From positions 1-49,048 of the forward strand of contig JAITNK010000098.1 in NCBI GenBank assembly GCA_031290515.1: a DNA stretch of 49,048 nucleotides, given 5' to 3'. The notes beneath the pieces are model-generated. The model made no database searches and was not told the DNA's origin. It saw only the letters and a list, made by a program, of their open reading frames with translations. Positions 1 to 8,955 of this stretch are shown one piece after another (the stretch's first letter is position 1; each line of letters starts with the position of its first letter). A program made the translations under genes and the position numbers. Source of the stretch: Oscillospiraceae bacterium. Lineage in GTDB: Bacteria; Bacillota; Clostridia; Oscillospirales; Oscillospiraceae.

Positions 1-97
1 ACACGGCTTGCGGCGTTACGGACAGAAGCTCCGCAAGGTCGTCTTGCGTGATGTCGCGCGCCCGTCGCAGACGTTTGATGTTTTCGGCTATGTGCAT
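1..97 (-). CDS. XRE-family helix-turn-helix regulator, N-terminal 32 codons only (gene runs off the left edge)
   Basis: Minus-strand ATG at 97-95. Hand translation MHIAENIKRLRRARDITQDDLAELLSVTPQAV is a typical HTH_3 N-terminus. Not in the ORF track because it is truncated by the window edge. Confidence 0.55.
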   Translation of the reverse strand, partial: MHIAENIKRLRRARDITQDDLAELLSVTPQAV

Positions 98-369
98 TGT
101 TTGTCACTCACTTTCGTAATTACAGTTTGTTTGCGGCTTTAGCTCGCGAGGCAAAACCGCGTTTCGCCGTCGGTACCGTAGTGAATTGTAACACCTGGCT
201 GCGGAAAAGTAAATACTACGCGCGGTTGTATTGGATTCAACCGGATTTCCGCTCCGCCGCAAACTTTACACACATTTTACATTCCTCACATCTGTTCTTT
301 ACCGTTGCGGTTTATGATGAATCCGCAATCAAAAACAAGTCGGCACAACACACATTAAGGGAGGACGTT

Positions 370-486
370 ATGAAGAAAATCACGGCAATCACTCTCGCGG
401 AGTATCACGGCGGCAGCGTCCGGATCTCGAGCGTCGAAAACGAGGGTACGACAGTCGTCTGCCTGCTGGAAAACGGCGCGGAATAG
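370..486 (+). pseudogene. 38-codon ORF resembling the extreme C-terminal tail of a histidine-kinase ATPase domain (relic or micro-ORF)
   Basis: AAGGGAGG lies 5 nt before ATG 370. MKKITAITLAEYHGGSVRISSVENEGTTVVCLLENGAE resembles the HGG-x-I-x-V-x-S-x-x-G-x-GT-x-F tail of HATPase_c. The upstream part of track ORF 97-486 has no coding character. Confidence 0.3.
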
Positions 487-503
487 CCGCGCGAAACTTC
501 CGG

Positions 504-532
504 TTTACAAATTCGTCGGTTTGTAGTACAAT
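504..532 (+). promoter_or_regulatory. sigma-A-type promoter TTTACA-17-TACAAT for the lipoprotein-metK unit
   Basis: TTTACA 504-509, 17-nt spacer, TACAAT 527-532, about 30 nt upstream of the ATG at 563. Confidence 0.5.
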
Positions 533-562
533 GTAGGAAATACATTATTTTGAGGAGAATCT

Positions 563-1135
563 ATGAAAACAACCAAACGCACACTCGCGCTGATCCTCTC
601 GCTGACGCTCGCCTTCGCGCTGTTCGCTTGCGGCAAGACGGAAACCGAGGTTTCGCCCTCGCCGGACGCTTCGCCGTCGCCGACAGCGGAATCCTCGCCG
701 GAGGTTTCGCCGTCCCCGACAGCAGAATTGACAGCGGAACCGTCCGCACCGTCCTCCGAGGGCTACGTTGAACGGTATACAAGCGATTTGCTCGGCATAA
801 CGCTCGTATATCCCGCCGAGTGGAGCGGGATTATCAGTTTTGAGGAAAAGGAAGACGGTGTTTTCGTCTACTCGATTCCGCGCCCTGAGTATACGGGGAT
901 TCACGGGTACATCGGAGTAATAAACGCGACCGGAACCTCGGAAAAAGAAGCGGTAATGAACGGCGCCGCGTGGCAAAACACGCCGCACCAAATTCTGCAC
1001 GACGCTGACGGTGTTTTCGTCTATATCGGCTACGCTTCGGACGTGCAGTACGACGACGCGACACGCGACAATTACAAGACGGTCAACGACGGGATAAGCG
1101 CGGGCGCGCTGACGATTGTTGTGCCGCAAAGTTAA
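563..1135 (+). CDS. Secreted lipoprotein, function unknown
   Basis: GAGGAG RBS. Signal peptide with lipobox ([25 protein letters not shown]), then an SP-rich linker ([25 protein letters not shown]). Confidence 0.75.
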   Translation: MKTTKRTLALILSLTLAFALFACGKTETEVSPSPDASPSPTAESSPEVSPSPTAELTAEPSAPSSEGYVERYTSDLLGITLVYPAEWSGIISFEEKEDGVFVYSIPRPEYTGIHGYIGVINATGTSEKEAVMNGAAWQNTPHQILHDADGVFVYIGYASDVQYDDATRDNYKTVNDGISAGALTIVVPQS

Positions 1136-1166
1136 ATTAAGCAAAACATTACATAAGGAGAACACA

Positions 1167-2351
<1,185 letters not shown>

Positions 2352-2390
2352 ATATTCTCAAATTATTTCAAAATAACCGAAACTATTTCG

Positions 2391-2429
2391 CGGCTTCTGA
2401 CGAATATACCGTCAGAAGCCGATTTTTTG
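2391..2429 (+). terminator. Rho-independent terminator after metK
   Basis: Perfect 12-bp stem CGGCTTCTGACG / CGTCAGAAGCCG (2391-2402 / 2410-2421), 7-nt loop, then ATTTTTTG. Confidence 0.75.
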
Positions 2430-2443
2430 CGGGAGGATACGCG

Positions 2444-2998
2444 TTGAACGACAGCGAAGAAAAACGCCTGGTCCGCAGAGTGCAGCGGCTCGGAGACCGC
2501 GGCGCGGCGGACGCTCTCGTGCGGGGCAGGTACGATGAGATTTTCCGCTTCGTCCGGCGGCAGTCGCCCGACGGGGACTCCGCGCTCGATATTACGCAGG
2601 AGGTGTTCATCGGCTTTCTGCGTACAATCCGGCACTACGACCCGCGCAAAGCCGGACTCAGGACGTGGCTGTACCGGATTGCGGCGAACAAGCTCACCGA
2701 CTTCTACCGCTCCCGCGGGAGAACGCTCGCGGCGGAACCGCTCGAGCTTGCGGACACCGAGCCGGTTGACGGGCGCGACTTCACGGAGCGCGTCGCGGAA
2801 GGCGAGCTTGCGGCGCGCGTCAGCGACTACGTCGGGAACGAGCCGCCGGACACGCAGAGGATTTTCCGGCTGCACGTCTGGGGCGAACGGACGTTCGCCG
2901 AAATCGCGGAAATACTCCGTCTGCCGGAGAGCGGCGTTAAAACGAAGTATTACCGCCTGATTGCGAGACTCAGAAAGGAGTTTTCGGACTATGAATGA
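2444..2998 (+). CDS. ECF-type sigma-70 family RNA polymerase sigma factor
   Basis: TTG start 7 nt after GGGAGG. Region 2 (DITQEVFIGF, WLYRIAANKLTDFYR) and region 4 HTH (TFAEIAEILRLPESGVKTKYYRLIARLR). Confidence 0.85.
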   Translation: MNDSEEKRLVRRVQRLGDRGAADALVRGRYDEIFRFVRRQSPDGDSALDITQEVFIGFLRTIRHYDPRKAGLRTWLYRIAANKLTDFYRSRGRTLAAEPLELADTEPVDGRDFTERVAEGELAARVSDYVGNEPPDTQRIFRLHVWGERTFAEIAEILRLPESGVKTKYYRLIARLRKEFSDYE

Positions 2999-3698
2999 CA
3001 GGGAACGCGACGCGAGCATCGACCTTATCCTCTCGCGCGGACTCGTAAAACCGAAGAGCGCGGCTGCCGTCACGCGCGAAATGCTGCGCGGACTCGGTCT
3101 GCGCTTCATCTTCTGGGACACGGCGTACTCGATAATCTTCGCTGTACTGACGCTCGCGCCGATTGCCGCGGTACTGCTGATTACTCCGACGGAGCGGCAC
3201 TTCACCGTCGCGTTCGCGCTCTCCCCCGCGCTGTTCCTGCTGATTACCGCGTTCGCGGAGACGGCGGAGCGCGCCGGCGCGCTCTACGAACTGAAGCGCA
3301 CCTGCCGCTACACGGTGCGGCAAATCACCGCGCTGCGCATCGCTTGCTACTCGCTCGCGGGAGTCGTCTACTGCGCCGCCGTCACCGCGGTGAGCGCAAA
3401 CTCCGGCGCGGAGCTTGTCCGTCTGCTGACGCTGTGCCTCGGCTCGCTGTTCGTGTGCGCCGCCGCAAGCCTCGCGGTAATGCGGAACCTGCGCCGGCGA
3501 TGGGTGAACGCCGTATTCGCAGCCGCGTGGCTTTTCGCGAATACCGCGCTGCCCGCGCGGTACGGCGCGGAGTGGGAAACCCTGCTCTCGGGCGTACCGT
3601 ACGCCGTGTCCGCAGCCGCCGCCGCGGCGGGAATCGCCGCGCTCATACTTCAACTAAAATCTATGCTTACGGAGGCTTTACCCTATGCTGACGCTTAA
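2991..3698 (+). CDS. Polytopic membrane protein coupled to the sigma factor (candidate anti-sigma, no recognisable anti-sigma domain)
   Basis: The ATGAATGA overlap with the sigma stop codon places the start at ATG 2991. Short cytoplasmic N-terminus followed by about 6 hydrophobic helices. Confidence 0.6.
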   Translation: MNDRERDASIDLILSRGLVKPKSAAAVTREMLRGLGLRFIFWDTAYSIIFAVLTLAPIAAVLLITPTERHFTVAFALSPALFLLITAFAETAERAGALYELKRTCRYTVRQITALRIACYSLAGVVYCAAVTAVSANSGAELVRLLTLCLGSLFVCAAASLAVMRNLRRRWVNAVFAAAWLFANTALPARYGAEWETLLSGVPYAVSAAAAAAGIAALILQLKSMLTEALPYADA

Positions 3699-4536
3699 CA
3701 ATGTTACGAAAAACTACGGCAAATTCACCGCGCTCGACGGAATCAGTCTCGAGTTCACCGGCGGGGTTTACGCGCTGCTCTCGCCGAACGGCGCGGGCAA
3801 GACGACGCTCATCAAAATGCTGACGACGCTCATCTTCCCGACCTCGGGCGAAATACTCTGGAACGGCGACGAAATCGTGAAGCTCGACGCGCGGTACCGC
3901 GGCGTTATCGGCTATCTGCCGCAGGATTTCGGCTACTACCGCAGTCATTCCCCGCGCGAGTTTCTGCGCTATATCGCGGCGGTCAAGTGCGTCCCGCGCG
4001 ACGCCGCGCGACGCAAAATCGACGAGCTTATCGAAGTCGTGGGCTTGTCCGATGTGCGCGACAAGAAGATGCGCAAATTCTCCGGCGGTATGATACAGCG
4101 CGTCGGAATCGCGCAGGCGATGCTTAACGACCCGCAGATTCTCATACTCGACGAGCCGACCGCCGGACTCGACCCGAAGGAGCGCGTGCGTTTCCGCAAC
4201 CTGATTTCGTCGCTGTCGAAGGACCGTATCGTCATACTCTCGACGCACATCGTGTCCGACATCGAGACAATCGCGAGCCGCGTCATTATGTTCCGCGACC
4301 ACAAACTTATGACGAACGACACGCCCGCCGCGATATGCGACTCGCTCGCCGGGAAAGTGTACGAGACGGACAACCTCGCGGCGATTACCGCGCCGTATCT
4401 CGCGCTTACGGAGCGGCAGGACGGCGGGCGCACAATCACCCGGTTCGCCTGCGAGTCGGACTGTTCCGCGGTCGCAGCCGCCGCCGCGCCGAACCTCGAA
4501 GACGTGTTCCTGTACGTCTACCGCGACGCGGTGTAA
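3685..4536 (+). CDS. ABC transporter ATP-binding protein
   Basis: Walker A SPNGAGKTT, signature FSGGMIQR, Walker B ILILDEPTAGLD. GGAGG RBS. Overlaps the upstream gene by 14 nt. Confidence 0.92.
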   Translation: MLTLNNVTKNYGKFTALDGISLEFTGGVYALLSPNGAGKTTLIKMLTTLIFPTSGEILWNGDEIVKLDARYRGVIGYLPQDFGYYRSHSPREFLRYIAAVKCVPRDAARRKIDELIEVVGLSDVRDKKMRKFSGGMIQRVGIAQAMLNDPQILILDEPTAGLDPKERVRFRNLISSLSKDRIVILSTHIVSDIETIASRVIMFRDHKLMTNDTPAAICDSLAGKVYETDNLAAITAPYLALTERQDGGRTITRFACESDCSAVAAAAAPNLEDVFLYVYRDAV

Positions 4537-4539
4537 GCT

Positions 4540-5805
4540 ATGCTGCTGTTTTGGTACGAGCTTAAAAAGCTCTGGAATCTCAAGGTTCTGCTGTTAATCG
4601 GCGCGCTCGCCGCACTCGCGTACTTCGCGATTCTCCGGTTCGAGATAAACCAGTACAACTCCGAACATTCGTACGGTATGTTCGGCGAATATCAGTACGA
4701 AATGTACACGCGGTACGGCGATTCGCTCTCCCCCGCCGAGTACGAGGACTTCGACGTACCCGGCAAAATCGCGGAGCAAATCGCCGTGCTTGACGGAATC
4801 ATCGCGTCGGAGCCGACGTTCGCGAAGTACGGCATTACCTGCTACGAGGATTACGACCGGGTCATAGGCGAACTGACCAACAGCTATATGACCGATACAG
4901 GCAGAGGATTTCAAACCGTGTTTCCGCCCGAAGTTGACTACGATTTAGGCGTAATAGCAGTTGCAATTTCATACACTCCGCCCGGCGCGGAGGACGAAAA
5001 TCAACATCATATCAACGTGCCCACAATTATGCTGCTGCAACAGCTGCATACGGTCGAGTACTACTACGGCACCGACGGTGTTGCGTTAACGTACACATAC
5101 GACGAACGCCCGGTCGTGGCGCGGCGGGCGCAAAAGCTGCTCGCGCAGCCGGAAAAATCTCTGCTGGACTACCATTTTTCGAGCGAATTCTCAACCTACG
5201 CCGCATATACCGCGGTTTTCGCGGCGGTCGTCTCGCTGCTTCCGGTCGCGCTGTTTATCACGACGGACAGGGCGCGGCGGGTACGCGCGCTGCAATACCC
5301 GTCAAAAACCGGACGGCGCGTCTTCCGGACGCAGTTTTTCGCCTGCGCCGTAAGCTCTCTCGCAATCGCCGCCGCGACAATCTGCGCGAGCTACGCGCTG
5401 TTTTTCGCGCAAAGCGGCGCGGCGAAATTACTCGGCTTCGATATGATGCTCTGCGGCGGGACGTTTTTCCTGTACAATATTACGGTCGGCGAATACGTCG
5501 CGGTTCTCGCGGGAATGACCGCCGCGCTGTGCGTCGGGTCGGCTTGCTTCGCGTTCGTGCTCGGCAGATTTTCGTCCGATATTGTAAGTCTGCTGCTGAA
5601 AGCCGTGCCGGTCGGAGCCGCGGCGGGCTTCATCGCTATGTACGCGGTTATGCACGCTCTGTCGGAGCGCAACTGGATATTTTCGTACCCCTTTAACGGA
5701 CGAATCGACGCTGCGGAGGTTCTGACCGCCGCCGCGTTTATGCTGCTCGGACTCGCGGCGGCAGGGCTTGTTATACGGCGAGAACAGCGCGCGGAGGAAA
5801 TATAA
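4540..5805 (+). CDS. ABC-2-type permease-like membrane protein (paralog 1)
   Basis: N-terminal MLLFWYELKKLWNLK motif and TM helix, an extracytoplasmic domain of about 200 aa, then about 5 C-terminal TM helices. Clear paralog of 6839-8083. Confidence 0.7.
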   Translation: MLLFWYELKKLWNLKVLLLIGALAALAYFAILRFEINQYNSEHSYGMFGEYQYEMYTRYGDSLSPAEYEDFDVPGKIAEQIAVLDGIIASEPTFAKYGITCYEDYDRVIGELTNSYMTDTGRGFQTVFPPEVDYDLGVIAVAISYTPPGAEDENQHHINVPTIMLLQQLHTVEYYYGTDGVALTYTYDERPVVARRAQKLLAQPEKSLLDYHFSSEFSTYAAYTAVFAAVVSLLPVALFITTDRARRVRALQYPSKTGRRVFRTQFFACAVSSLAIAAATICASYALFFAQSGAAKLLGFDMMLCGGTFFLYNITVGEYVAVLAGMTAALCVGSACFAFVLGRFSSDIVSLLLKAVPVGAAAGFIAMYAVMHALSERNWIFSYPFNGRIDAAEVLTAAAFMLLGLAAAGLVIRREQRAEEI

Positions 5806-6842
5806 TGCTGTTCCTGTATGAACTCAAAAAGCTGCTCTTAACGCCCGCGATTGCGGCGTTTCTCATAATATGCGCCGTCGTAAACACGTTTATCGTGGTT
5901 TCGTCATACGTCTGGCAGTACGAGCCGGCGAACCTCGCGGAGCAAGCCGACGTTTTCGACGGCTTCGACGCGCGGGAAATCGCCGAGCGGTACATCGGGG
6001 AGTACTCGCTTTCAGGCGGAAGCGAGGCGAATATCCGCGAAAAGTACGCGAAGCTGCAACCGGTAATCGACGCAAAAGCCGCGCGGGACGACAGTATGTC
6101 CGAATACTTCGGCGTCAACACGCGCACGCTCCACACGCTGCTGTTTAAGCAGCTGTTCGGCGCAATCGCGGCGGAGTCGTGCGTCGCCGCGCTGTTCTTC
6201 GCGCTGCTCGGAACCGGCTACGAACAGACGCGCAACACCGAGAGCATCGTCTGCGCGTCGCGAACCGGACGGCGGATTCTGCTGCCGAAGCTGCTCGCCG
6301 CGCTTATCGCGTCGGCTGTGTTTCTCGCCGCGCTTACCGCAGTTACGCTCGCGGTCGCGTTCGCCAAATTCGGCTACGCGTCGGTACTCGGCGACAACGT
6401 GTCGAGCTTGTACAACACCGCGGTGCAGGGCAATACCAACAACGGCATTAAGCCGCTGATTACGCTCCGGAGCTTCACCGTCGGCGGGCTTATCGCGGCG
6501 AGTCTCGGGCTGACGCTCGCGCTCGCCTGGTGCTTCGCGCTGTTCGGCTTCGCGGTCGGCGCGGCGATTCGCGGAGGATACGGCGCGACGCTCGCGTCGA
6601 TTGCCGTACTCGCGGCGAGCGTCGTCGCCGCGCCGCTGTTCGCCGTCGGAAGCGAAGCGCGGTACGCGTTCGCGTCGATTCCGCCGGGGCTGATTCTCGG
6701 CGCGGGAACCTGGTTCACGGACGGCGGCGCGATGATAACCCATCTGCGTTTTGAGACGACCGGGACGGCTCTGTCGCTCGCGGTACTCGCCGCGCTGTCG
6801 CTCGCCGCCGCGGCATATTACAAAAGGAGAGACCTGAAATGA
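5805..6842 (+). CDS. ABC-2-type permease-like membrane protein (paralog 2, shorter)
   Basis: TAATG stop/start overlap. Same N-terminal motif (MLFLYELKKLLL). One TM helix, a loop of about 100 aa, then a multi-TM C-terminus. Confidence 0.65.
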   Translation: MLFLYELKKLLLTPAIAAFLIICAVVNTFIVVSSYVWQYEPANLAEQADVFDGFDAREIAERYIGEYSLSGGSEANIREKYAKLQPVIDAKAARDDSMSEYFGVNTRTLHTLLFKQLFGAIAAESCVAALFFALLGTGYEQTRNTESIVCASRTGRRILLPKLLAALIASAVFLAALTAVTLAVAFAKFGYASVLGDNVSSLYNTAVQGNTNNGIKPLITLRSFTVGGLIAASLGLTLALAWCFALFGFAVGAAIRGGYGATLASIAVLAASVVAAPLFAVGSEARYAFASIPPGLILGAGTWFTDGGAMITHLRFETTGTALSLAVLAALSLAAAAYYKRRDLK

Positions 6843-8083
6843 GAGTATTTCTTTACGAACTCCGCAAAATCTGGAACCTGAAAGCGGTACTTATAATCTC
6901 CGCGCTCGGCGCGCTCGCGTATTTCGCGCTGAGCTACGGTCTGATTGCGAGCTACAACGAAGGACACTACTCTACCGGCTACTACGTCAGCGAGATGTTC
7001 CGCCGTTACGGCGCGACGCTCGACGCGGAGGAATACGCCGACTTCGACTTTGCCGGGCGCAAAGCCGAACTTGAGCGCGAAATTACCGAACTGATCGCCG
7101 AATATCCGGTTTTCGCGGAGTACGGCGTCGAAACGCTTGAAGACTATGAGCGCGTCAGCGGTGAAATCTGGGAAGAGCACACGGTCCGGAACCCGGACGG
7201 CTCCGGCTATCTGCCCGACCCGTGGATTTCTGAGTTGCAGGAGATGAGTTTCCTGATTAACGACCTCAACGGCCCGTACTTTAAGCTTATGAACCTGACC
7301 ACAGTAGAGGAATACTACAACCCGCTTGACAAAGAATACGCCGTGTCGTGGTACGTCTCCCCGGAATCCGAAAACGGCAACAGCTATCGCCCGGCGCAGC
7401 TCCGCCGCGCCGAGGCGTTCGCCGCAAGACCGGAGGTGGATCTGATTCCGTACAATCTGACTACGACGTTCTCCGCGTTTGCGATGGTTGTCCTGATATT
7501 CTCGGTCGGCGCGTCGGTCATACTCGCCGCGCCCGCCGTAGTCACCGACCGCCAGCGGAAAGTGTTCGCCCTGCAATACTCGTCGCAAAAGGGGCGGCGC
7601 GTGTTCACCGCGCAGACCGCAGCCGCGCTTTTCTCCGCGTTCGCGCTGACGCTCGCGCTCGTCGCGGCGAGCTACGCGGCGTTTCTGACGCAAACCGACG
7701 CTTCGGACTATCTCGGAGTCCGCATTACGAGTACGCTTATGTCGTTTTATATGTGGGATTTCACGCTTTTGCAGTATTTTCTCCTGCTCGCGGGAATGAC
7801 CGTATCCGTCGCCGCCGGCGCGGCGGGACTCGCGTTTGTGCTCGCGCGGCACTCGAACAGCGTCGTGACGCTGATGCTCAAGGCCGCGCCCGCCGCCGCC
7901 GGCTGCGCCGCGCTCGGCGCGCTCGCGGTGAACTACGCAACCTCAAACTGGAACTATGTGTTCGGTGAAATTTTCAACGGCAAGCGCGACCTGCCGGAGG
8001 TGTGGGTCTGCGCCGCGCTCGCGGTCGCCGGACTGATTCCGGCGGTCGTCACCGCGGTGCGCGAGCGGCGGCTGGACGTGTAG
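6839..8083 (+). CDS. ABC-2-type permease-like membrane protein (paralog 3)
   Basis: ATGA overlap. MRVFLYELRKIWNLKAVL... The shared internal block TDRQRKVFALQYSSQKGRRVF matches TDRARRVRALQYPSKTGRRVF in paralog 1. Confidence 0.7.
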   Translation: MRVFLYELRKIWNLKAVLIISALGALAYFALSYGLIASYNEGHYSTGYYVSEMFRRYGATLDAEEYADFDFAGRKAELEREITELIAEYPVFAEYGVETLEDYERVSGEIWEEHTVRNPDGSGYLPDPWISELQEMSFLINDLNGPYFKLMNLTTVEEYYNPLDKEYAVSWYVSPESENGNSYRPAQLRRAEAFAARPEVDLIPYNLTTTFSAFAMVVLIFSVGASVILAAPAVVTDRQRKVFALQYSSQKGRRVFTAQTAAALFSAFALTLALVAASYAAFLTQTDASDYLGVRITSTLMSFYMWDFTLLQYFLLLAGMTVSVAAGAAGLAFVLARHSNSVVTLMLKAAPAAAGCAALGALAVNYATSNWNYVFGEIFNGKRDLPEVWVCAALAVAGLIPAVVTAVRERRLDV

Positions 8084-8108
8084 AGTAACAGCATAATAAT
8101 ACATCGGC

Positions 8109-8140
8109 GGCGTTACGGTACTTATCCGTAACGCCGTTTG
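8109..8140. terminator. Bidirectional terminator hairpin between convergent genes
   Basis: 10-bp stem GGCGTTACGG / CCGTAACGCC with a 7-nt loop, followed by GTTTG. Lies between the stops at 8083 (+) and 8144 (-). Confidence 0.6.
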
Positions 8141-8143
8141 CGG

Positions 8144-8695
8144 TTACTCTCCCCCGTTCAGCCACACGGCGAGACTGCGCACTCCCTCAAGCGCGGTCTC
8201 GTCCTCCGCCGCCGGAACCGTGTCGGTGTTCATCGACAGCACGGTGTGCGCGCCGAACCCGGAGGCGTTCATCATTCGGAACAGCACCGCGGACATACGC
8301 ACCGCGCCGTTTTCGTTGCCCTTGCCGCCGCCTACGAGAATCAGCCCCGCGCGTTTCGGGCGCAGTACAAACGGGTCGTTCAGCTCGTACTTCGCGTTGC
8401 GCTGCACCTGAAACCGGCTCGCGATGTTCATCATTTGCCCGGGCAGCGTCGAATAGTACACCGGCGAGGCGATAACGGCATTGTCGAAATCGTCGCCGTA
8501 GATTGCGCGCATATCGTCGTCGATAGCGCAGCCTTTGACCCGCGCGCAGGCGCGGCAGTCCACGCACGGCGACAGCTTCGCGCGGTACGCCGACAGCTCC
8601 GCGACCTCGCCGGAAAGGTGCGCGCGCAGCTCCCGGACGAGCGCGGCGGTGTCGCCGTTCACGCGCGGCGAGCCGTTGATGATGAGCGTTTTCAA
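8144..8695 (-). CDS. Flavodoxin-like fold NAD(P)H-dependent FMN reductase / iron-sulfur flavoprotein family
   Basis: MKTLIINGSPRVNGDT... and a CVDCRAC cysteine cluster. TTG start 8 nt after GGAGG. Confidence 0.8.
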   Translation of the reverse strand: MKTLIINGSPRVNGDTAALVRELRAHLSGEVAELSAYRAKLSPCVDCRACARVKGCAIDDDMRAIYGDDFDNAVIASPVYYSTLPGQMMNIASRFQVQRNAKYELNDPFVLRPKRAGLILVGGGKGNENGAVRMSAVLFRMMNASGFGAHTVLSMNTDTVPAAEDETALEGVRSLAVWLNGGE

Positions 8696-8753
8696 GGGCG
8701 GTACCTCCGTATTGTGGTTTGTGTGCTGTGATTATACCCGGTTTTTGAAATTA

Positions 8754-8809
8754 TTTCAACATATTTCGCAAAACCCCTTGACACGCCCCCCCCCGTCATA
8801 TGTTATTAT
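8754..8809 (+). promoter_or_regulatory. Promoter module A: conserved upstream block, TTGACA, C9 tract, TGtTATTAT (20-nt spacer)
   Basis: TTGACA 8778-8783, CG + C9 (8786-8794) + GTCATATGT, extended -10 TGT-TATTAT 8801-8809. The 24 nt upstream of -35 match the second copy at 26229-26252 (minus) at 20 of 24 positions. Confidence 0.5.
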
Positions 8810-8838
8810 GATATATCAAATATTTGGAGGAATCAGCA

Positions 8839-8925
8839 ATGAAAAAAGCAATCTCTAAGACAGTCTCCCTGCTCCTGGCACTTTTCGCCGCAAACTTGAT
8901 TATTGCGGTTCTTGCCGCCGTGTGA
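8839..8925 (+). CDS. Unannotated 28-aa single-pass membrane peptide (micro-ORF)
   Basis: GGAGG 8826-8830 lies 8 nt before ATG 8839. Product MKKAISKTVSLLLALFAANLIIAVLAAV, stop TGA 8923-8925. Too short for the ORF track. Confidence 0.4.
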   Translation: MKKAISKTVSLLLALFAANLIIAVLAAV

Positions 8926-8955
8926 TACAATAGACGCAAAAAAGGCGGTACTGTT

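Noticed and set aside
97-369. Front part of the 129-aa track ORF 97-486
   Set aside because: No RBS, odd composition, and it spans what looks like a divergent promoter region. Only the last 38 codons, which have their own RBS, show any protein-family resemblance.
2361-2390. AAATTATTTCAA...TATTTCGC upstream of the sigma gene resembles the upstream block of promoter module A
   Set aside because: Only a 12-nt AT-rich identity plus a short second match separated by a 10-nt insertion. No TTGACA or C-tract follows, so it is likely chance similarity in AT-rich intergenic DNA.
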